A stretch of DNA of 64,000 bases from the NCBI GenBank assembly GCA_963770835.1, contig CAVYRH010000004.1, positions 512,001 through 576,000 on the forward strand. The letters run 5' to 3'. Below the pieces are notes generated by a model. That model made no database searches and was not told the DNA's origin. It worked only from the letters and a program-made list of their open reading frames with translations. A program made the translations under genes and the position numbers. The DNA is from an uncultured Pseudomonadota bacterium. Lineage in GTDB: Bacteria; Oederibacteriota; Muellerivitia; Muellerivitales; Muellerivitaceae. Shown here one piece after another: positions 57,644 through 64,000 of the stretch (positions are counted from its first letter, which is position 1; each line of letters starts with the position of its first letter).

Positions 57644-58324
57644 ATGGACGAAATCACAGCGGAACAATTATTAGAAAATACCAAAACCTGGAAACCCGAG
57701 GGGGATTTTGAGGCCCGGGTGGATAAACAATTGCGCGCGGCCCAGGCGCCGGAAGGGCTGGTCGGAGATTTGAGCCGGGCCTTTCACCGGTGTTCCGAAA
57801 GCACCTATGGTTACATCCAGTACATCCACGAACTGGCCACCACCAAGGAAATCGACCGGAAAAATTTCCTGCCCCAAGTGGCCCGGCTGGTAGGCTTGGT
57901 GCAGGAGCTCCAAGCCAGCGGGGAGGATTACCGAAAAACATTTCAAAAATACGACGACGTTATGCGGGCCGGCCTTACCCAGGACCATTTCGACACCATT
58001 TATTACGACGCCATCCAGAATATCGACATCCGGGTATTGTTGAAAAAGATCATTGAGGAGGTGGAGGTTGTTCTCCAGTCCTTCTCCATGGTCAGCGGGG
58101 ACCTATCGGGCATCCGGTGCGTCGATCTCTACGAAAGCAGCATCCGGTTCCAACTTTTCCTCCAGTATTTTTTGAACAAAGGGAAGTTTACCCCGGAAGA
58201 ACTGTGGTCCATCCTCTTTGACGTCTTCGACCAGATGGGAGAAATGGAAAACTTCTCCGTGGAGCCGACCGAGGAAGAACTGCGGGAGCTTCACGAAAAA
58301 ATACAGAAATACAAATCCAACTGA
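57644..58324 (+). CDS. Hypothetical acidic, probably helical protein
   Basis: 226-aa ORF 13 bp after the PHP gene with ordinary codon usage. No motif recognised. Confidence 0.6.
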   Translation: MDEITAEQLLENTKTWKPEGDFEARVDKQLRAAQAPEGLVGDLSRAFHRCSESTYGYIQYIHELATTKEIDRKNFLPQVARLVGLVQELQASGEDYRKTFQKYDDVMRAGLTQDHFDTIYYDAIQNIDIRVLLKKIIEEVEVVLQSFSMVSGDLSGIRCVDLYESSIRFQLFLQYFLNKGKFTPEELWSILFDVFDQMGEMENFSVEPTEEELRELHEKIQKYKSN

Positions 58325-58492
58325 AACCCGCGAAAATTTGCCATTCCCTTGAGGTGCACCCTTACGATCCGTTAACCTGCAATAACCAAACTTTCATTAG
58401 GATTTCTTCCAAAAAAGACAGCTAACAATTTATGGAACCGCTTTTTCCTAACGAGGTTTTAGGAGTTACCCGTTTAACTTCGCCAACTCAAA

Positions 58493-58522
58493 TTGATATT
58501 CTCAATTTATTGCGAATATAAT
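58493..58522 (+). promoter_or_regulatory. Candidate sigma-70 promoter of the cyclase pair
   Basis: TTGATA (58493-58498), 18-bp spacer, TATAAT (58517-58522) in an AT-rich intergenic region. Confidence 0.4.
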
Positions 58523-58589
58523 AAGCCCCTCACTACGAGTAGTTGTTTTTGACTTTTAAAATAATTTATTTAAGGAAGATCTTCCGGCA

Positions 58590-59630
58590 ATGGCCACACT
58601 CGAATCGGTCTATAAAAGGGCACATACCTCCAAAGTCTCCGTTTTCTTTTTCCTGATCCTCCTCATGCTCTCGGTGACGGCGGGAGAATTGGTTTGGACC
58701 CTTCGCCACAACCTTAGGGAGTCCCTCGTGGTCGGCGGCGTAGCCCTCTTCTTCTTCTGTATTTGGTGGTTTTTCTTCCAATGGCAAAGCAAAGTGACCT
58801 GGCTCTGCCGCCTTCAAATGATTTTCCTGGGTGCGGGCACCCTTCCGAACGATTACCGGCTTTCGGATGACGCCATGCCCTGGGACGTCGCGGAACGCAC
58901 CGATGCGGTGGTCCAAATGGCATCCCAAATGGTTCAAAAAACCCAAAGGGACCTCCAGGCCAACCGGAAAGCCTTGGACAAATATGTCGGGTCCCAGGCC
59001 TCCACACAGATATTGAAGCGGCCGACCACCGGGCTATTGGGCGGGGATATCGAAATGTTGTTCGTCCTTTTCTCAAAAATTCTGGGGTTCAACCAAATGA
59101 CCTCGAAACTGGCCCCGTCGGAAACGGTGGACACCCTAAACAGCCTTTATTCCGCCATGGCCGCCGCCGTGGAAACTCAAGGTGGCGAAATCAACAAATT
59201 CATCGGTGATTCGGTCATGGCCTATTTCAAGCGGCCGGATGGGGACCCATCCCAGGCAGCGGAAAGGGCCGTCGAGGCCGCGATGGACATGCAGAAAAAT
59301 TTCAACTTCCTGACCTCCGAAAACGAGGTCCTGAAGGCCCGGGGCCTGGAACTCGGGTTGGGAGTCGGCATTGTGTCAGGGCATGCCATCCTGGGCAACT
59401 TGGGCTGGCGCCAGCGCATGGAGTTCACCCTGATCGGCGACTCGGTCAACCTTTCCGCCCGCATTTGCGCCATTGCCCCCGCGGGGGAAATCCTGGTGAA
59501 CGAGGAGCTGGCCCAGATGGTCGGCGGTGGGTTCCGGACCGAAACCCGCCCTCCGGTCCAACTCAAGGGAAAAAGTGAAAAGGTCACCACTTATTGCATT
59601 TTGGGTCGAATGGAAACAACCCATGTTTAA
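58590..59630 (+). CDS. Membrane-anchored class III adenylate/guanylate cyclase-domain protein A (first metal-binding Asp lost)
   Basis: Two TM helices. Motifs LFSKILGF, INKFIGDS, EFTLIGDSVNLSAR and VQLKGK. Confidence 0.88.
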   Translation: MATLESVYKRAHTSKVSVFFFLILLMLSVTAGELVWTLRHNLRESLVVGGVALFFFCIWWFFFQWQSKVTWLCRLQMIFLGAGTLPNDYRLSDDAMPWDVAERTDAVVQMASQMVQKTQRDLQANRKALDKYVGSQASTQILKRPTTGLLGGDIEMLFVLFSKILGFNQMTSKLAPSETVDTLNSLYSAMAAAVETQGGEINKFIGDSVMAYFKRPDGDPSQAAERAVEAAMDMQKNFNFLTSENEVLKARGLELGLGVGIVSGHAILGNLGWRQRMEFTLIGDSVNLSARICAIAPAGEILVNEELAQMVGGGFRTETRPPVQLKGKSEKVTTYCILGRMETTHV

Positions 59631-59660
59631 ATCGATTCCGGGTTTTTAAAGGAGTAATTT

Positions 59661-60758
59661 ATGGCAACCCTTTCCTCGGTGAAGCACAGGGCCGAAACAG
59701 TGATGGTCCCCCTCTTTTTCTTTTTTTTGCTTCTCCTGCTATCCATCGTTGTTGGCCAACTCACATGGCTTTTCACCCAAAACTTACAGCTTTCCATCCT
59801 GTCGGGATCGGCGGCGGCGGTGATTTTTTACGTGTGGTGGTTCCTTTATCAATGGCAAACCAACGTGACCTGGTTATGCCGCATCCAGATGATATTTTTC
59901 GGGGCCGGGGCGTTGTCCGCGAATCACGCTTTTATCGACGATGCCCTGCCTTGGACTGTGAAAAAGCGCACGGAGGAAGCCATCAAAACGGCGGAGGAAA
60001 TCATAAAAGGAGCCAGCAAGAACTTGGTCGAAAACCGCCACGTGCTGGATAAATACCTGGGATCCCATGCCTCACAGCAGACGCGCCGGAATCCTTTCGA
60101 AGTCGGGGGGGAAAACCAGGAACAAGAGGTTATTATCCTGTTTTCGGACATCCGGGGGTTTACCGCCATGACCGAAAAACTGACCTCCAAGGAAACGATG
60201 CGGGTGCTCAACCAAATTTATTCCCTCTTGGGTTCCACCCTGGCCAGCTATGGGGGCGAGATCAATAAATTCATCGGGGACGCCATCCTCGCCCACTTTA
60301 AACGGTCGGGAACCAACCCGCGCGCGGAGGCTGAAAAAGTGGTCCAAGCCGCGTTGGAAATGCAGGAAAAGTTCGCCGCCTCGGTCCGCAAGAACAACGA
60401 TTTGAATATCCGCATGGTCAAAATTGGATTAGGAATTGGGATCGCCTCGGGGAAGGCCATCATGGCCAACCTGGGCTCGGAGAACCGGATGGAATTCTCC
60501 GTGATCGGGGACACGGTCAACACCGCGTCCCTTCTTTGCGGCCTGGCGCACGAGGGTGAGGTGCTGATCAATGAGGATCTGGCGCTCCTGGTCACGGACA
60601 AATACCACATGGAATCCCGCATGCCGGTGCAATTAAAAGACAACAAGGAAAGCACCACGCCCTATTGCGTTTTCGGCTCGATGGAAAACCGCGCGAGCAT
60701 CAAACAACCGCCCGCCAATCAAGATAATTTCTTTTCCCTTGAACAGGATAAAAATTAG
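59661..60758 (+). CDS. Membrane-anchored class III adenylate/guanylate cyclase-domain protein B (transition-state Arg lost)
   Basis: Two TM helices. Motifs LFSDIRGFT, INKFIGDA, EFSVIGDTVNTASL and VQLKDN. AAGGAG RBS. Confidence 0.88.
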   Translation: MATLSSVKHRAETVMVPLFFFFLLLLLSIVVGQLTWLFTQNLQLSILSGSAAAVIFYVWWFLYQWQTNVTWLCRIQMIFFGAGALSANHAFIDDALPWTVKKRTEEAIKTAEEIIKGASKNLVENRHVLDKYLGSHASQQTRRNPFEVGGENQEQEVIILFSDIRGFTAMTEKLTSKETMRVLNQIYSLLGSTLASYGGEINKFIGDAILAHFKRSGTNPRAEAEKVVQAALEMQEKFAASVRKNNDLNIRMVKIGLGIGIASGKAIMANLGSENRMEFSVIGDTVNTASLLCGLAHEGEVLINEDLALLVTDKYHMESRMPVQLKDNKESTTPYCVFGSMENRASIKQPPANQDNFFSLEQDKN

Positions 60759-60859
60759 ATGGGTTTTGGCGGGGAAACTGTGTTATTTGTTGCTTTGAGG
60801 CCGGGGTTTTTCTTTGAAATCGGGAGAATTTGAAACTGGAAAAATCAGGACGAATTTTT

Positions 60860-61792
60860 TCAAACCGGTATCGTTAGACCCTCGTAAGCGCAAATGGAGT
60901 TCGTGAAAAGTTTCTTGGCGGCTTCTTCCTTCTTGGCGACGGCCGCGTCGTCATGGTTAGGGTCATGGTGGTAAAGCACCAACTGCTTGACCCCGGCTTC
61001 CTTGGCCACAAAACAAGCCATCTCAGGTGTTGAGTGCCCGAAACCCTGGGTGGGGACGGGCCCCGTATACTGTTCCACGGTGTATTGGGCGTCGTGGATT
61101 AAGACATCCGCGCCCCGCGCAAATTGAATCAGCCTTTTGTCCCCCTCTTGGTAACCCTCGATATCCGTCGCGTAAACAATGGATTTTCCGGCATATTGAA
61201 GCTTGTAAACCAGGGTCCCGTTTTTGGGGTGGTTGTAGGCCCGGTACTGGCTCACGATGACCTTGTCCTTGAATGTGGCCTTGAAATCCGTCTGCAAGTT
61301 GACCAGTTCAGCCTCACCCCCCTCGGCCAGGAGAACTTGGTCGAATTGCTTAAGGGTCGAGATCTTTTTCAGGGAGTGGGTTTCCTTCAGGTCGATGGGA
61401 AAGAACATTTGGTCCATCATCATATCCAGCACGTAATCCAGGCCCGTCTTCGACCCGACGGGGCCGTAAACCGAGGGCCCGAAGATCGAAAGGGAGGTGT
61501 CGCCGATATAAAGGGGCGGGAAAAAGGGAAGGCCCATGACATGGTCGTGATGGGTGTGGGAAATAAGGATTGTCACGGCCAAGCGCTTCATCTTGTCGCG
61601 GTTGGCGAAGAAATTGCGCACCAATTGCTGGCCCGCGCCGATGATGCCGGTTCCGGCGTCCAGGAAGATGGTGTGGTCCAGGACGTTGACCTGGACGCAG
61701 GAGGAATTGCCCCCGATTTTGAGCGTGGAAGGTCCGGGAACCGGGATGCTTCCGCGCACCCCCCGGAACGTAATCGTGAAATCGTGAGCCAT
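60860..61792 (-). CDS. Metallo-beta-lactamase-fold hydrolase (phosphodiesterase-like)
   Basis: GVRGSIP, GGNSSC, LDAGTG, SHTHHDH, HDAQY, GHS and HHDP motifs. Confidence 0.88.
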   Translation of the reverse strand: MAHDFTITFRGVRGSIPVPGPSTLKIGGNSSCVQVNVLDHTIFLDAGTGIIGAGQQLVRNFFANRDKMKRLAVTILISHTHHDHVMGLPFFPPLYIGDTSLSIFGPSVYGPVGSKTGLDYVLDMMMDQMFFPIDLKETHSLKKISTLKQFDQVLLAEGGEAELVNLQTDFKATFKDKVIVSQYRAYNHPKNGTLVYKLQYAGKSIVYATDIEGYQEGDKRLIQFARGADVLIHDAQYTVEQYTGPVPTQGFGHSTPEMACFVAKEAGVKQLVLYHHDPNHDDAAVAKKEEAAKKLFTNSICAYEGLTIPV

Positions 61793-61932
61793 TCAGCTCC
61801 TTTAAAAATGCAGGTTCAGGCCGACAATATTGACCATTATTTCTAAAAAAAGAAGGTTTTGCAACGATTTAGCCCTTTGAAACCACAGGGAAGTCTTAAA
61901 CACTTCACACCTCAAGCTATTCATGGGAGCTT

Positions 61933-62154
61933 TTAAGGTTCCCAGAGCGCCCGGGCCCCGCAGTTTTCGCAAAGAGGGGCGTTTTCACCCGCCTTGAGAT
62001 AAACACTGACCGTCCGGTTTTCCTCGGCGCAGGTCACGCAGAGATGGGGGCCGGTGTAGAGTATCTTCTCTCCCGGCTTTCGAGGGGAAATGTCGATGTT
62101 CATTTTATTTTTATTGTCCGGGTCCAAGGGGGTTCCGGAAGGCAAGGTTTCCAT
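61933..62154 (-). CDS. Small zinc-ribbon protein
   Basis: CVTC and CENC pairs, PGEK..G.H.C pattern, GGAG upstream. Confidence 0.6.
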   Translation of the reverse strand: METLPSGTPLDPDNKNKMNIDISPRKPGEKILYTGPHLCVTCAEENRTVSVYLKAGENAPLCENCGARALWEP

Positions 62155-62178
62155 TTCGGTTCTTGTTCTCCAAAAAAT

Positions 62179-62210
62179 AAAAAAGCCCCGTCGCTGAGAG
62201 GCGGGGCTTT
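62179..62210 (-). terminator. Intrinsic terminator downstream of aconitase
   Basis: AAGCCCCG..CGGGGCTT stem with a T-run on the minus strand. Confidence 0.7.
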
Positions 62211-62233
62211 AGCCGAATCATTTTCCCGGCGCG

Positions 62234-64000
62234 TTACTTCACTTTTTCCTTTTTCGAGGCCTTTCCCTTAACCGGAGTTTCGGGTTTTGCCGCCGAAGTT
62301 TCCGCGGTTTTCTGTTTGGTCCAGTTCAGCAATCCCCCCGCCAGGATGATCTCCTGCTGGCGGGCGGTCAGGCCATGCACCACCTGGACGGATTTCCCGT
62401 TGGTCAGGTTCTTGACCGGGAAGGGATGGTCCACCTTGATGACCTGTTTCAAATCCGGGATCTCCAACTTGTCCCCTTGGGAGAGGGTGTCGCAATCGGA
62501 AGGCTGCACCAAGGTTAATGGCAGGATACCAAAATTAATGAGGTTGGCGCGGTGGATGCGGGCGAAACTTTTCACGATCACCGCCTTGAGCCCCAAGTAC
62601 ATGGGGGCCAGGGCCGCGTGCTCACGGCTGGAACCCTGCCCATAGTTCTCTCCGCCCACCACAAACCCGCCACCCGCCTCCTTGGCGCGCTTGGGAAAGG
62701 TGGAATCGATGATATTGAACACGAACTCCGAAATGGCGGGGATGTTGGACCGCAGGGGCAGCACCTTGGACCCTGCCGGCATGATGTGGTCGGTGGTGAT
62801 GTTATCCGCTACTTTCAGGAGGACTTCGCCCTCAAGGGTTTCCCCCAGGGGCTCCTTGACGGGAAGGGGCTTGATGTTCGGCCCGCGCAGGACTTCCACC
62901 TTTTTGGGGTCCTTGGCCGGGGGAATGATGCCGTCGTCGTCCCAGACGAACTTGTCGGGAACCTCGATTTTATGGGGCTTGCCCAGGGTGCGGGGGTCGG
63001 TGATCTTGCCGGTGAGGGCGCAGGCCACGCAAACCTCGGGGGAGGTCAGGTAAACCTTGGCGTCGCGGGTGCCGGAACGGCCCTCGAAATTGCGGTTGAA
63101 GCTGCGGATGGAAACGCCGCCCGAGGGGGGCGCCTGGCCCATTCCGATGCAGGGGCCGCAGGCCGATTCGATGATTCGGGCGCCGGAGGCGATGATGTCG
63201 GCCAGTGCCCCGTTTTTCGCGATCATCTCAAAAACCTGCTTGGAGCCGGGGGTGACCGTCATGGAGACGGCGGGGTGGATATGCTTGCCCTTGAGCATCT
63301 TGGCCACGGCCATCAAGTCACGATAGGAGCTGTTAGTGCAGCTTCCCACGCAGACCTGCTGAACGTCCACGTTCTTCAGCTTGGAGACCTCAGTCACGTT
63401 GTCCGGGCTGTGGGGCTGGGCGATCAAGGGTTCCAGCTTGTTGAGGTCGATGATGAGTTCCTCGTCATAAGTGGCGCCGGGGTCGGCCGCCAGGGGGGTC
63501 CAGTCTTTGCCCCGTCCCTGGGCCTTCATGTACGCGCGGGTATTCTCGTCCGAGGGGAAAATTGAAGTCGTGGCGCCTAATTCCGCTCCCATATTGGTGA
63601 TAGTGGCGCGCTCGGTGGCCGAGAGACTTTTTACGCCCTGGCCGGTATATTCCAGGATCTTGCCCACCCCGCCTTTCACGGTCAAACGGCGCAGGACTTC
63701 CAAAATGATGTCCTTGGCCGTGACCCAGGGCTGAAGCTTGCCCTTCAGTTCCACCCTCAGGACCTTGGGCATGGTCATATAGAAGGGGCCGCCGCCCATC
63801 GCCACCGCCACATCCAGGCCGCCCGCGCCGATGGAAAGCTCCCCCAACCCCCCGCAAGTGGGGGTATGGGAGTCGGACCCCAAGAGGGTCATACCGGGGG
63901 CCGCAAAACGTTCCAGGTGCACTTGATGGCAGATACCGTTACCAGGGCGGGAAAAATAGATGCCGTACTTAGCCGCCACCGTCTGCAGGTAACGGTGGTC
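62234..64000 (-). CDS. Aconitate hydratase (short type), 5'-truncated by the window edge
   Basis: GNGICHQV, GSDSHT, GSCTNS, CGPCIG, FNRNFEGR, ITTDHIMP and YGQGSSREHAA motifs. Confidence 0.93.
   Translation of the reverse strand, partial: DHRYLQTVAAKYGIYFSRPGNGICHQVHLERFAAPGMTLLGSDSHTPTCGGLGELSIGAGGLDVAVAMGGGPFYMTMPKVLRVELKGKLQPWVTAKDIILEVLRRLTVKGGVGKILEYTGQGVKSLSATERATITNMGAELGATTSIFPSDENTRAYMKAQGRGKDWTPLAADPGATYDEELIIDLNKLEPLIAQPHSPDNVTEVSKLKNVDVQQVCVGSCTNSSYRDLMAVAKMLKGKHIHPAVSMTVTPGSKQVFEMIAKNGALADIIASGARIIESACGPCIGMGQAPPSGGVSIRSFNRNFEGRSGTRDAKVYLTSPEVCVACALTGKITDPRTLGKPHKIEVPDKFVWDDDGIIPPAKDPKKVEVLRGPNIKPLPVKEPLGETLEGEVLLKVADNITTDHIMPAGSKVLPLRSNIPAISEFVFNIIDSTFPKRAKEAGGGFVVGGENYGQGSSREHAALAPMYLGLKAVIVKSFARIHRANLINFGILPLTLVQPSDCDTLSQGDKLEIPDLKQVIKVDHPFPVKNLTNGKSVQVVHGLTARQQEIILAGGLLNWTKQKTAETSAAKPETPVKGKASKKEKVK

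Overview
64 kb of a GC-rich bacterial chromosome from a diderm organism: it encodes outer-membrane beta-barrels, lipoproteins and a PorV-like protein. The protein style, with Thr/Pro stalks and FlgD/T9SS-like tails, suggests an uncultured lineage such as candidate phylum FCPU426, but this is unverified inference. Housekeeping genes (ccsA, M32 carboxypeptidase, sua5, ppc, purE, mdh, cysC, aconitase) are interleaved with a cell-surface and polysaccharide repertoire. That repertoire includes giant Thr-rich secreted proteins, a glycan-utilisation operon without SusC/D (two GH5 enzymes, lipoproteins and a 1402-aa beta-barrel carrying five CBM-like repeats), a GH44 enzyme, three paralogous GT-C-like membrane proteins, and an ECF-sigma / anti-sigma / PorV-like cassette whose anti-sigma is frameshifted. 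The most striking observation is a tandem pair of membrane class III nucleotide cyclases with reciprocal active-site losses. They look like an obligate two-gene heterodimer with a C1/C2-like division of labour, and a metallo-beta-lactamase-fold hydrolase gene converges on them. Intergenic regions hold several small palindromic repeat elements. I saw no rRNA, tRNA, CRISPR array or intact transposase. All product calls are motif recognition by eye, not database results.
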